Source: Squalus acanthias (Eukaryota). From it: a stretch of 64,000 nt of DNA. The translations under genes and the position numbers were made by a program. Shown here one piece after another: positions 50,642 to 63,680 of this stretch; position 1 is the first letter of the stretch; the number at the start of each line of letters is the position of its first letter. The notes beneath the pieces were generated by a model that made no database searches, was not told the origin of the DNA, and was given only the letters and a program-made list of their open reading frames with translations. The stretch covers positions 54,500,001 through 54,564,000 of the forward strand of contig CM059432.1 in NCBI GenBank assembly GCA_030390025.1, in the 5' to 3' direction.

Positions 50642-52556
50642 TCATTTATGTGTCATCTTTCTCTTTTGCGTGCTTCTACGTTGTGTTACCCCTGTGGCTT
50701 CAGCAGATGTAGAGACAGCCTGCTCACTTCCCTGCTGCGCCTGCTTCGATGCCTTTGGTGGTCATCCTCTGGGTTTGGGAGCCTTTGAAGGGCCCACTAA
50801 AGTCTGCTGCTCCTGCGGCTGCACAGAGGCAGACTCGGCCATCACTGCTCGGGCAGTCATCTGGGGCTCTGACCGAGGGTTTGGCAAGGGGATGGAAGTA
50901 TGAGTGCTTGGAGAGGAGCCCCAACTTGCATGTCGCCTCCCACCATCATCCCTCTCATGAGCCACCTGCACTTCACTGCTAGCAAGTAGCTGGAGAGCAT
51001 CTTGCTGCACATCAGTGGGGCCATGAGGACCCGTCTCTGTACTGACAGTTCTCATAACGGGGACGTCCATATACCTCTGGTTCCTCTCCACGATAGATGC
51101 CCATCTATCCTCCATATCTGACCATCTGTCTAAAAGAGTCACCATGTTGTTCTGAGTCTGGCGATTTATGTCCTCCATGGAGGTTGCCATCCTTTCCATG
51201 GTGGGACCTACATTCGCCATTGTGTGCACCACGGCATTGCTCATGTTTGAGATGGACTCCTCCATTCTCTGAACACTCGCAGTCACTGTGGCTGCAAACC
51301 CAGTCAGAGCCTCCTGCACTTGTTCCTGAAGCTCCAGCACCGCTGGCTTTCTGGATGGCCCCAGAGGCTCAGCGTCTACATGCAGCTGGGCAGAGCTAGG
51401 ATCATCCTGCGGCCTCCGACGAGGACTCTCTGCTGCTATCCCTGTTTCCACCATCTGCTCTTGCTCACTCGTGAGTTGTGATACACCAGGTGACAACACT
51501 ACTCTATCTCGCAAACGACCCACCGAGGTGTGCGTCTCTGCGCTGGTGCTAGGTGCGCTCATTGCTGCTGTCGCTGCTCCCTCAGAGGATGCAGCATCCT
51601 CTGAGGGGTCCTCCTGCTCTTCCTCCTGGACAGTAGGAGGGGGGCTCTTGCTGGTCCTGTTGGAGAGTAAAGACATGAGTTAGACATGTGATACGTAGAT
51701 TGCAGACACATCCCATTGTGCACATGATGAGCTTTCAATTTCTATTGACATCAGATGCCATATGTGTCACTCATGAAAGCCAAATAAGATGGATGGAGAA
51801 GCATTCTGTCACCAGGTTGTTAACTGAGCCCGTCTCTCCGTCCCCCACTTCGAGCTGTTCCACTGATCCCACAATGTCCAGAGCGGCCTCCTCAGCGTTG
51901 GTCAGCTGTGATAAGGATGGTGGTCCTCCTCCTGTTCTCTCCCTCTCCCTCTTATTGTGGCCTCTCTTTTCCTGCAATGAGAGAAAGAAGTGGCATTTCA
52001 GTGAGAGTGATGAAATGCGTGTAAACAATGGATAGGATAGATGTTTAGAGGGAGACTATGATGGAGTGGGTTCCCATTATGGAGTTCGCTCCTTTTGAGT
52101 TGTTAGTTGTTGTCAGTGCATAACCGTGAGGGTGGGTGTGAGGGGTGCATAGTAAGATGGGGAAGTGATTCTGTACATAGGGAGAGAGGGATGGGGGATG
52201 GTGCAAGGGATGTTGGGTTGAGTTAGGATGTGCAGGAGTAGAGTTACCAATGCAGAGTGATGGGGATGTGATGACAGGCACAGCAGAATTAAGGTAAGTG
52301 AGCTTTTATACTCGCTTTTCCAGAGCACAGGAGATCATTGAACCTTTTCCTGCATTGGACCCAGGTGTGTCTGAACATGGACCTGGCATTGACCTCCTCA
52401 GCTATTCGCAGTTAGGCTGCCATTGCCTGCTGAGGAGGTTTCCTTCTTCCATCACCTGGGTATAGGACCTCCCGACGTCCTCTGACTCCCTCCACAAGAA
52501 CATGGAGGGAGTCTTCGTTGAAGCCGGGGGGCTGCCTTTTGTTTCTCTGCAGACAT
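50642..52556 (-). pseudogene. Myb/SANT-like gene of H3, exons ~52556-52316, 51971-51813, 51656-50642; decayed
   Basis: FNEDSLHVLVEGV, TWVQCRKRFNDL, EKRGHNKRERERTGGG. Exon 3 is homologous to H4 exon 3. Confidence 0.85.
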
Positions 52557-55414
52557 CGTGGTGAGAAGCAGCAGTCAGAAGCACCAGAAACCACCTGAGA
52601 TCTAATTGTGAAATGGCCCCCTTAAATGCACCAGCTGCAAGCATGTCAGCATATCAGCTGAACAGACCCGCACCTTGTGATCAGGGCGGGTAACCCACAT
52701 GGCGGGCTTAACTAGCCCAATTAACCAAAAATTGTGTCAGCAGGCCAGCTGGAGCTGGCAGTGGGACCGGAACCCGCTGACTACCGTTCCCGACGCCAAC
52801 CCGCCTCACCGCAGAAAATCATCACCTTCGTGTCCTCCTCGCAGCTTACTTTCCCACCTAGCTTTGTGTCATCAGAAAACTTGGATACATTACACTTGGT
52901 CCCTTCATCTAGGTCATTGATATAGATTGTAAATATCTGAGGCCCAAGCAATGATCTTTGCGGCACCCCACTAGTTACAAGCTGCCAACCGGAAAATGAC
53001 CCATTTATCCCCACTCTATTTTCTGTCCGTTAACCAATCCTCTATCCATGATAATACATTACTCCCAACCCCATGAGCCCTTAGCTTGCATAACAACCTT
53101 TTATGTGGCACCTTATCGAATGACTTTTGGAAATCCAAATATACTACATCCACTGGTTCCCCTTTATCTACCCTGCTAGTTACATCCTCAAAAAAAGGCA
53201 AATAAATTTGTTAAACACGATTTCCCTTTCATAAAACCATGTTGACTCTGCCTAATCATATTATGATTTTCTAAGTGCCCTGTTACCAATTCTTTAAGAA
53301 TGGATTCCAGCATTTTCCCAACAAGTGATGTCAGGCTAACAGGCCTGTAGTTCCTTGTTTTCTCTGTCCCTCCTTTCTTGAATAGAGGGGTTACATTTGC
53401 TACCTTCCAATCTGCTGGGACCATTCTAGAATCCAGGGAATTTTGGAAGATCACAACCAATAGATCCATTTTCTCTGCAGCCACCTCTTTTAGAACCCTA
53501 GGACGTAGGCCATCAGGTCCAGGGGATTTGTCAGCATTTAGTCCCATTAGTTTTTCAAGTACTTTTCCTGTATTGATATTAAATACTTTAAGTTCCTCAC
53601 TTCCATTAGCCACTTAGTTCCCCACTATTTTTGGTATGCTTTTTGTGTCTTCTACTGTAAAGACAGACACAAAATATTTGTTTAATGTTTCTGCCACTTC
53701 CTTATTCCCCAATTTCTCCTGTCTCAGCCTCTAAGGGACCAACACTTACTTTTGCTGCTTTCTTCCTTTTTACATACTTGTAGAAGCTGTAGTCCTTAAT
53801 ATAAATTGTAGATAGCTGAGGGCCAAGCAATGATCTTTGTGGCACCCCACTAGTTATAGCCTGCCAACTGGATAATTTGAAGAAACAGGTGTAACATCTG
53901 TTTTTATATTTCTTGCTAATTTACTCTCATGTTCTATTTTCTCCCTTTTAATCAATTTTTTGGTCATCCTTTGTTGGTTTCTAAAGCTCTCCCAATCCTC
54001 AGGCTCACTACTATTCGTCGCAATATTATAAGCCTCTTCTTTTAATCTAATACTATCTTGTCAAAATACATAGCCTAAGTTGATGCCACTAATCCTTTTA
54101 TACTGTCCATATGGTTTATATTTTCCTGTTGTCATCTTACAGTAATGAGGTGTGTTTGTCAGCAACTTACCGGCAAGGCAAAACCTACTGCAAAAGAAAA
54201 CAGCTCACGCTGTTTTGTGGGTTTGGACCGATGAATAATAGCTCCTCAGTTAGTCTGAGAGATGGGCTCCATCAGCAATCAGTTCCTGCAGCAGTCAGAC
54301 GTTCCTTGATGAACAGCAGAGGATTTTGACATGTAACAACTCCAGTGTTTGCAAGCTGCTACACATTTATGATTCTCAGAACCGACACTTTCAACACGTG
54401 TAATCAGACCACAGGACTGCAGTCCACGTGATTCACTCTGTCCCTGAATGGAGCCAGATCTCTCACTTGTCCTAATTTAATCAATAAATCCTGATTTTAC
54501 AGGTCAGTTTCAATTCTGTTCAACTATACTGAATTTGGGGCATTAGTCTCGCATTTTAGAAAGTTCTCCATGCCTAAAACTGTTGGCTCTGAGATGACTT
54601 TCTGACGTTATATGAGTTTGATGAAACAGGTCTGAAATATTTAATGTGTTTTTATCCACACATTTTAATGAGAGAATTAGCACCTTATCGCATTTTGATA
54701 TTAAAAACTATCTATTCTGCTGCTACTACCAAATTAACTCTTTATCATATTAGAACTGAAATTCCATTCGTGTGAGCTTGTGGCACTGGCCGCTACAGGA
54801 GCAGAAACCAGGTATAGAGTCAGAGTGCCTGATTTGCGTTTGGCCTGCTTTTTCTGATGGGCACGCATTCACTAAGGGGTGTTGGAATCTTGTCCTAGCT
54901 GTCCTGGGAATTCCGATATGCACTTGGTGTGAGCCCAGCATTATGTGCCTTTAAGACTTGGTATGAAGCACACTCCTGCAAGCGCACAGCTACCAGAAGT
55001 ACTTCTGAAACTATCCAAACTGACCTTTTGGTGAGATTAGTCCTTGTTTTTTGCTGTTTTATGTTTCAGGGCAATGGATAGCTTGTTTCTTTGATGTGGA
55101 TATGCGTTCCTATTCATTTGGTTTCAATTTTACTGCTGGATCTCACCATTGAAAACACTTGGCCTAACATAGGCTGTCCTCTCTGCATCCTGGGCATTAG
55201 TAGTTTCCAGCCTCAGGTCAGAAAAAATGCCCAATTTCAAACTTTATCATCAACAAGAAACATAATTGCTGTTTTCAGAAGCTGCACTTGCACATTTCTG
55301 CTCCTGTCCATGAAATCTCAACCTCTGCATTCCCAGCGCATGATGCAAATTACGCTGTCAGAACACTAGCACTGTGTAAATAAGGAGACAGTGGAAAACT
55401 GTCCCATTCCACAT

Positions 55415-55760
55415 CAACATACTGTGCCTGTAGTATGTACAATCTACAAGATGCACTGCAGCAACTTACCAAGGTTACTTCAACAGCAGCCCCTCCCCGG
55501 TGAACTCTGCCACCAAGAAGGACAAGAGCAGCAATGCAATCACCTCTAAGTTCCCCTCCAAGTTACACATCATCCTGATTTGAACATATACCGCTGTTCC
55601 CTCATTGTATCATTCGCTACATAACACCATATGGGAGCACCATCAACCACAAGGACTGCAGTGGTTCAAAGAGAAAACTCAGCACCACTTTCTCAGGGCA
55701 ACCAGGGATGGGCAACAAAATATAGCCTTGCCAGTATTGCTCGCATCCCAAGAACACATT
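55415..55760 (+). mobile_element. LINE 3' end fragment
   Basis: 'tacaagatgcactgcagcaac..ggactgcagtggttcaa..ggcaaccagggatgggcaa' tail shared with the SINE at 14980. Confidence 0.65.
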
Positions 55761-56319
55761 TTTTAGAAGTCTGCTCTGTGTGCCAGCAGCTCGAATACAT
55801 ACTAGCGCCACTGATGCTCTGGGAGAGGCAGGTCAGCCCCATTATTCATTAAAATCTCTGTTTCGATGTCATATTAAATATTGTATTTTTCTGATGGATC
55901 ATTTCTGGTAAAATTAAGTCATTAGACATGATCTGACATAGATTAGTAGTTCCTGTAAAAAATGTAACATCAGTTGGATTCATGGATCTACTGTTGAATT
56001 ATTCCGGTCAAAAGAAAACATTCAACAAGGGAAAACACGTCAACTGCCTGTAAAAATGTACAGCTCCAAGTACCAGCACAGTTTGAATCTCACTCAAACT
56101 CCAATCCTGAAATAAGCTCTGGAGTCTTCATTTTTGCCAGGAAAATGTAATATGATCCACTTAGTACCATTAATAAGTTAAAATGACATGCACAGAAACC
56201 CATATATAAGTCACCGATCCAAACTCATGAGAAATCCACACAGGTAGAAATCCTGTTTACCTGATGTGGAGTGCACACTCTCTCCCTGTAGGACTGCACC
56301 CCATTTATCAAGGCCCAAA

Positions 56320-57975
56320 GCCATTGATGCATGATGTGGGGCATTCCTGAATCCACAGAGAATTCAGGAGGACACATGTATGAAGTGTCAGGCTTAGTTG
56401 CTCAAGCAGAGAAAGACTGAGCTCAAACATCAACTGACCACATTCAGCAACACGTAGGGGGAAGGAAGATTCCCAGAATAAATATTCCAGAAGGTGGTCA
56501 CTACAGAGAAAAATAAGGAAGCAGAGGAGTAGGTGCAAGGGAGACGGAATGAAACAGGGGGAGTCAGTACCATGGAGCTCTGTGAACTTTGATTTGCCCA
56601 GTAGGTATATTGGCCCAGAAATTCGTCCGAATACGGGAGAGTACGCACTGTGTACTCACCCATATTCGGTCCCGAAGTGCCGGTTTCCTGCATGCACTGC
56701 ACATGCGCGGGAAACCGGCACTTCCGATATTGCGAAGGGGGCGGTGCCTAAGTGAATCGCGTGCGCACTACAGGCTGTGCGCACGCAGCACACTTCGGTT
56801 TTTTTTCAGGTTTGAACGCGAAGGTAAGTGTTGAAGATTTTACACATGAAGAAAGGAGGCGTAAGACCCCCTTTTAACAAGGTAAGTAGTTAATTAAGTA
56901 TTATTTTAAATTTTTTTTCAACAGGTTTATCTTTTTTAGAGACTTTAAAGAAAGGTAAGTTTATTTTTATAACTTTTAAAAAGAATTTAAATTTTTTCAA
57001 AAATTTAAATTTTTGTTTAAAGTGGTTAATTTATTTAACTATAGTTATTTTATTAATGTGATGGGTTTTTTTTAATTTAATTGAGGTTTAGCTGTTCTTT
57101 TGGGGGCAAGTTGTATTCATAGTTTTGACAGCTCTTCCTGTCAAAACTATGAATGAAAGATGGTGTGCTGCCATTGGCTCTAACTAGCCCACGTGATCCC
57201 AGAGGTCGCATCGAACTAACTGCGCCTCTGGGATACTGCACACACTGCGCGCCGGCACCAGGGAGAGGCCCAGGAGCAGAAGTTCGTGTAGGCCAAAACC
57301 ATAAAGGCAGGCGCGGTAGGTAAGCTCGTGCATGATCCTTACCCCCGCGGCAACCATCGAAGTCCAATTTCTGGGCCAATGTGCTTGAAACTCAGAAGGC
57401 CAGAAAAAAGACACCACAGGGTATGGTAGCCACAAACAAGACCACAGCAGATGGGAGCAAGTGGTTGCCTGGGGCAAAACAAATTAAACAAATAAGCAGT
57501 AGTGATGTGATTAAGGGGATAGTTACTCTTTTTTATCAGTGCAACCCAGTGTCCTGAATGGTGTTTGCCTCTCAGGTGCCAGGGACATAAAAGAACAGAG
57601 AGAAAAGCTTTTGGAAAGGGAAGTCATGGATCATTTTGGAACCAATGACATAGGAAAGAGTTAAAGAGATGTCTTGCAGAGGGAGTTTGAGGAGTTAGGA
57701 TCAAAGCTGATGAGCAAGACCTCAAGGGTAGTAATCTCAGAGTCACTCCTGGTGCCATGCACTAATGCACTAGGGTACTTAGGGAGAGAAAAATTAGAGA
57801 CATTAATGCATGGCTTAAGAAATAATGCTGAAGGAAGGGTTTCAGATTTCTGGAGTATTGGGGTAAATCCTGGGAAAGGTGGAAGATGTACAGAAGAGAT
57901 AGTCTTCACCAAAACTAAAATGGGACAAAGGTCCTTGCAGAGAGAATTAATTAGATGGTGGAAGAGGATTTAAAT
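56320..57975 (+). mobile_element. Highly decayed CR1 ORF1 region split by a MITE
   Basis: HFGTNDIG and LGSKLMSKTSRVVISESL, homologous to 26243-26491. Confidence 0.75.
56612..57377. mobile_element. MITE family A, copy 4 (reverse orientation)
   Basis: Perfect TIR GGCCCAGAAATT / AATTTCTGGGCC, TSD ATT/AAT. Confidence 0.9.
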
Positions 57976-58004
57976 GCGTGCGGCAGTGGAGAGGGACAGA
58001 CAAA

Positions 58005-58162
58005 CCCCATTTTGCTGGTACTCATTAACTGCAGATTCTGGGCGGACTTTGTCCAATCAAGTGATTAGTTGTCCTGTTCACGACAGACCTTGGATTGAAC
58101 AAGTGAAAGTGATTAGGATACGACAACCCAGAATCTGCAGTTAAGAAGTATCATCAAATTAG
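58005..58162. repeat. Palindromic MITE-like inverted repeat
   Basis: TTAACTGCAGATTCTGGG ... CCCAGAATCTGCAGTTAA arms. Confidence 0.65.
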
Positions 58163-60261
58163 TATGCTGGAATATATGAACACCATGCAAAATGGGTAAG
58201 CTGAGCAAAGGCCGAATACAAAATAAAGAGGTAACAAATCGGCAATCTTTGGATTGACTAAAGTGAAGTGAACAGAATGTGCACATTTTTCATCCAAACC
58301 TATTATACGCCAGCCCAGAAATGAAACAGGAGAGCATTGTGGCAGTCATTACGAGCAAACAAATTGCAAAAGCCCATAATGATACAATCTAGTGAATGAG
58401 ACAATCCTCACAGTGAGACTACAAACAAGACCTATGAGCATTACCAGCATACAAGTCTGGGCTCCGGTACTGCTAATTGATGATGAGAATGTTGAAGCAA
58501 TTTACAGCAAACAATTGAAGCTCGACCAAAGCAAGACATCCTAATCATCATGAGAGACTTTAACCCAAGGACCAGAAATAACTCTTTGTATAGAAGTGTG
58601 GTGGGACAAGTAAAGGAAAGAGAGAGAAGACTGATGAGTGCAAGAACTGCTGTGTGGCAACAGCATAAATGCATTTTAAAAATGCATCTACAATGTCACT
58701 ACACAGAGTGACCAAACAAGATGATCCCCATAAAATTGTGCATCAACAAGCTGATGATGACAATCAGGAGGAAGTTCTTTTCACAGAGAGTGAACAACCT
58801 ATGGAACAAGTTACCAACTCATGCAGTGATTGTGAATTCACTACAAACCTTCAAGAAGGAGCTGGACGAGTTCCTGACTGTGGCCGCCATCATTAGGTTA
58901 AGCTAAGTGGGGTATTGGGGGATGTGTCTCCCTGTCACTGTGGTCTCCTAGAAAGTTTTGATCACTTTCAGGAAATTCCCAGAGGATTTTCCCCCCTAAA
59001 TTGGCTTAGGATTTTTTTTCTTTTTTGCCTCTCTGAGGAGACCCAGGAGCTGATTTGGGGAGGGGCGTTGGGAGGAGAACGTTACACTGTGCCTTGACGG
59101 GACAGACTTGATAGATCAGCTGCTCTTTTCCTGTCCTTTTTTGTATGTTCCTAAAGCTGAAGTGCACCTGCTTTATGTGCGTTAGCAGCACTAGAGAAGA
59201 CAAGACCTAGTACTTACTACGAATCACTTGCATGGATTGCACTGAACAGTGAGGGCTTTGCTCGCTCTTTGCAAGGCCTCCAATAAGTTAAAATATCTTA
59301 GCACCAAAAAGTCGGGCGGGCTGTAAATCAGGTGTGCTGGTTCTCCAATCCCCAGTGCTATGAAATGAGACTTCTACAGCGATTGGTTTGGCAAATAGCC
59401 CGACTGAACACTATGACTGATTCCCCATGGGCCAATAACATGAGAAAGCGGCCCTTATCCAGGGGTTAGCTCCAGCGAATCTGGCAGGTTTACTTTGGGT
59501 TGCTGTTGACTGCGAAAGACTTGTTTTTTGGGAGCCAGCCGCCATGTCACCCCACTAAATCCAATAGAAAAGCTGCTTTATATGCATCCGATAGAAAGTT
59601 GTATCGGCAAACAGGCTTTATTTTGGGGATTCTGATGGCAGGACAAGACCCTAGCATCCCACCAATCCCAATATGAAAGCAGTTTATGCCTTGTGCTGTA
59701 CTTTACAGTAATCTTCAAGCCTTACATTGGTGCTGCTCTTTAAGTCATGAAAGTTTTCCTTCACTCCGATCAACATTCTCCTTCCCATTGAGATGGTGTA
59801 CACCGTGCCTGTGATGTACTTCCAAGCATTCCTTCTCTGCATACCTGGGGCTCATAAAATCTTTGTGATGATCCATTACAATGTCCAGTCTGGTCACTGA
59901 AACAAGGCATTATCATTTATTAATACAGTCTTTATGACAATTATGCACTTAAAGCTGGATAAATGAATTTTTTGACATTTAAAGGACTCATTAGCTGCTT
60001 GAGAATTCAAGTTCTTTCTTTTTTCTTGCAGAAGCGTTAAGAAATCGTTATTGTTTTAATTGGTCTGGCTAATGGAGAGGTGTTCCTGTTTCCAATCTGC
60101 ATGCTGCCCCTCGGCGACATCATTCAAAAACGCAATGTCAGATTCCAGGTGTACGCTGACGACACCTCCACTGCCTCCGATTTGTTACTCTGCTTGTCAA
60201 TATCTAGTATTGGATGAGCAAAAATTTCCTCCAATTAAATATTAGGAGGAGAGAAGTCATT

Positions 60262-60850
60262 GGCCCGGATATTTACAGGGACGGTGTGGGAGAGGCCAAA
60301 AACAGCCGAAGAACCCGGCAAGGCTGGGGACGCGTGGATCCTGCCAAAGAGAGGCCATCAAGGCTGGGGGTGGGGGTCAGCGATCGTAGCAGGGGCGAAG
60401 ATAGTCCATTGGGGCGAGCGGCGGAGATCGACGATCACAGCTGGGGAAAAGAGAGGCTGCGATCAGCAAGGGGGAGGCCAAAGGCTTCCTTGAGAGGCCG
60501 GAGAGAGCAGTCCTGTTCCTCCTGGCCCAAAAGGAGGGCTGGAAAAGGCACTTACCTTGTGGAACCGGCAGCTCCCGCCTCCCTTTCACTTCCGGGTTTC
60601 CGGACCCCGGGAAAACCGCACAGCAGCAGTGAATTTTAAATTGGGCTCCCAATTGCACGGTGGAAGCCAAATTTAAATATGTTAATGAAATGCCCCATCT
60701 CTCCACGGCGGGACACTCGAACGCTCCGATAACCGTCGCTGTAAAAAAGGTATTGAGCGCGTGCGCCGCGTGTTGGGGATGCATTCCCTATATTTAAATT
60801 AATGCCCCCCACCCTCTCCTGCCCGTCATGGCGTGGTTAATATCACAGCC
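60262..60850. mobile_element. Harbinger-type MITE family C
   Basis: GGCCCGGATATT / AATATCACAGCC termini, perfect ATT TSD inside L2. Confidence 0.8.
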
Positions 60851-61167
60851 ATTGTCTTCGGTCCCCACCACAGATCTGTTCCCTAGCCACCAACTCAATC
60901 CCCCTTCCTGCCCACTGTCTGAAGCTGACCCAGACTGTTCACAACCTCACAGTCCTATTTAACTGTGAGCTGAGCTTCCGGCCCCATATCCTTTCTATCG
61001 CCAAGACTGTCTACTACTATCTCCTGGGGGTACGTGTTCACAAATTGTTGAAGGTGGCAGGGCAGGTTGAGAAAGCAGCTAAAAAGGCTTACGGGATCCT
61101 GGGCTTCATGAATAGAGGTATACAGTACAAAAGTGTGGAGGCAGATTCAATCACGCTTTCAAAAGGG

Positions 61168-62066
61168 TGTAGGGGGTGATGGTTTGTGTCAGCTTCACCT
61201 CTGACTTCTGAGCGGTTCGAATCGCTCCCACTCCCTTGGTTCTAGACCTTGGACTTATTTGGGGGTTGTGACAAAAAGTGCAGCAGACAACTGGTTTTGA
61301 TGCAAGAACTTTGATCTTTATTCAAGAAAGTAAAACACAACACAAACACTCTTAACACTCTAAAAGTGGGGAACACTTCGGTACAAACGAGGGAAATAAC
61401 ATTAGAAGAATACCTCACCCCTCCCAATCCCAAGTTGGGCTCTAGAGAACCAGGGATAATGCTCACCAAACGAATCCTTGACAGTTGAGCTGGTTCGCAG
61501 GTTTCGGGGTTCGCTGGATTGGATTTATCGGGTGAGTACCCACTTTTCTTTGGTTAGAGTTGGGGTTTAGAGTCCTTTTAAGTAAAAAGTTTCGTAAGGC
61601 CCTTGTTGCCGCGAGGTGTCTGATGGTCACTGAGGCGGTCGCTCTGGTCTCTTCTTGCGTGTCGGCCTACTTCTGGAGCTGTTGGCCTTCTTTGTTGAAC
61701 TGTCTTCTTCAGAGCTGTGGAGCTGCCTGCTTGTTGAACTTGTTTCTGTTGAACTGTGTACGGTTGTACTGGAGAACTCGAACTTGAGAACTGTGTAACT
61801 GCTGTCCTGTCTGTGTGACTCCTGTGCTTCTCCTGTCCTGCTTGTTGCTTGTTGAACTTGAGAAAAGCAGGCCTTCAATTCTACTAATTGAAGCCTCCTT
61901 TGTTGCGCGCCAAATCAAATCCGGTCATTGTAAGATTTTGGAGGGCTCGTCAACAGTAACTGGTTTGTAAATGTGTGAAGTGGTTTCGGGATAGCCCCCA
62001 TCCTGTCGATTTGCCACTTAATCGGCTTTGCGTTTTGGGGGATCTGTGAATTTTGAGAATCTTTCA
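61168..62066 (-). mobile_element. Solo LTR, shorter relative of 24154-25507
   Basis: Long colinear similarity, TGTA...TTCA ends, AGGG duplication inside CR1. Confidence 0.85.
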
Positions 62067-62872
62067 AGGGAATTGGATAAGTATCTGAAGGAAATAAATT
62101 TGCAGGGCTTCAGGGAAAGGGTGGGGGAGTGAGACTAGCTGAAGTGCTCTTGCAGAGAGCCGGCACAGGCTCGACGGGCCGAATGGCCTTCTTCCATGTT
62201 GTAACCATTCTATGACTCTGACTCTATGATCTCTGCACTCCTCTAATTCTGGCCTGTTGCGCATCCCCGATTTCTATCTCCCCACCATTGGTGCTCGTGC
62301 CTTCAGCTGCCTAGGCCCTAAGTTCTGGAATTCCCTAAACCTCTCTGCCTCTCTGCCTCTCTCTCCTCCTTTAAGACCCTCCTTAAAATCTACCTCTTTG
62401 ACCAAGCTTTAGGTCACCTGTCCTAAAGGCTCTTTACGTGTCTCGGTGTTAAATATTGTTTGATAACACTCCTGTGAAGCGCCTTGGAACGTTTTACTAT
62501 GTTAATGGCGCAATATAAATGCAAAGTTGTTGTTGTTGTTCATACTCATATCTGTCCTGCCATCTCCCACATGAGTGATGTCATGGACCAGTAATTATCA
62601 GCAGCCTACCATTGAGCATTTGGCAACACCAGTGGCATTGAAGTGGCAACCTCAGTAACATAGACCATAGGCACAGTACAAGGCCTCTCATTGCTCCCAC
62701 TGCTGCTATTGCATCTTTGTGACCCAAATCCCAAGAAGCTGTCACGGCTGGCTTCAACACGGTGTTACAAAAGCAAAATACTGCGGATGCTGGAAATCTG
62801 AAATAAAAACAGAAAATGCTGGGAATACTCAGCAGGTCAGACAGCATCTGTGGAGAGAGAAACAGAGTTAAC

Positions 62873-63616
62873 GGCCCAGAAATTGATCTCGCTCTGTTCC
62901 CGCGGGGGTAAGGCTTTCCCGCGATCTCTCACCTCGCTTGTGCTTTTTCAGATCCAGCTCGCACGAACTTCATGTTCTAGAGATCAGCTGGGCAGTGCTT
63001 GCGTATCCCAGCGGCGTAGTGAATTCGTGCGAGCTGTGGGATCACGTGACTCAGTTAGAGCCAATGGCAGCACACCATCTTCCATTCATAAGTTTCACAG
63101 CACCCTGTGAAATCTATGAATCTTACACCCCCCCAAAATAACAGCTAAACCTCAATTAAATTAAAAAAAAAAAACATCACATTAATAAAATAAGTATAGT
63201 TAATTAAATTAACCATTTTAAATTAAAAAAATAAATTTTTGAAAAAATTTAAAATCTTTTAAAAAGTTATAAAAATAAACTTACCTGTCTTTAAAGTCTC
63301 TAAAAAAGATATACCTGTAAAAAAAAATTCAAAAAAATACTTAATTCACTACTTACCTTCTTAAAAGCGGGTCTTACTCCTCCTTTTTACATTTCCAAAA
63401 TCTTCCCTACTTACCTGCGCGTCCAAAGCATGAAGTGCACAGCGTGCGCGCAGCCTGTAGCGCGCACGCGATGCACCCAGGACCCGCCCCCTTTTCAGAA
63501 GAGTAATTGCCGGTTTTCAGCGCATGCGCAGGGCATGCAGAAAACCGGCAATTGGAGTGGGAATACGCGAGAGTACGCAGTGCGTACTCTCGCGTCCCGG
63601 GATCAATTTTCGGCCC
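62873..63616. mobile_element. MITE family A, copy 5 (divergent subfamily)
   Basis: TIRs GGCCCAGAAATTGATC / GATCAATTTTCGGCCC, perfect AAC TSD. Confidence 0.9.
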
Positions 63617-63644
63617 AACGTTTCAGGTCGATGACCTGTCGTCA

Positions 63645-63680
63645 GTTCTGATGAAAGGCCATCGACCTGAAACGTTAACT
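63645..63680 (+). ncRNA. Minimal hammerhead ribozyme motif (a mirror copy on the minus strand at ~63617-63650)
   Basis: AGTT-CTGATGA-A-AGGCC/atc/GACCT-GAAA-CGTT-AACT, with palindromic AACGTT replacing stem III. Confidence 0.75.

Larger units (their letters stand above)
46766..52826. mobile_element. Harbinger derivative H3 (Myb gene only), host of H4
   Basis: CR1 resumes on both sides with TTT/TTC. Termini are degenerate, and the left end resembles the reverse complement of the H4 right end. Confidence 0.75.
45123..54058 (-). mobile_element. CR1 LINE (pieces 45123-45946, 46699-46765, 52827-54058) split by a MITE and two Harbinger elements
   Basis: RT motifs continue across the insertions. 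Tail 'taagaacataagaa'. Confidence 0.9.
60100..62540 (+). mobile_element. L2 LINE 3' part, interrupted by a MITE, a CR1 fragment (61027-62230) and an LTR
   Basis: YADDT codons ~60151, WMSKNFLQLN, L2 3' end 'cctttaagaccctccttaaaa..tacctctttgacc..ggcgc.atataaatgcaa(gtt)n'. Confidence 0.8.
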
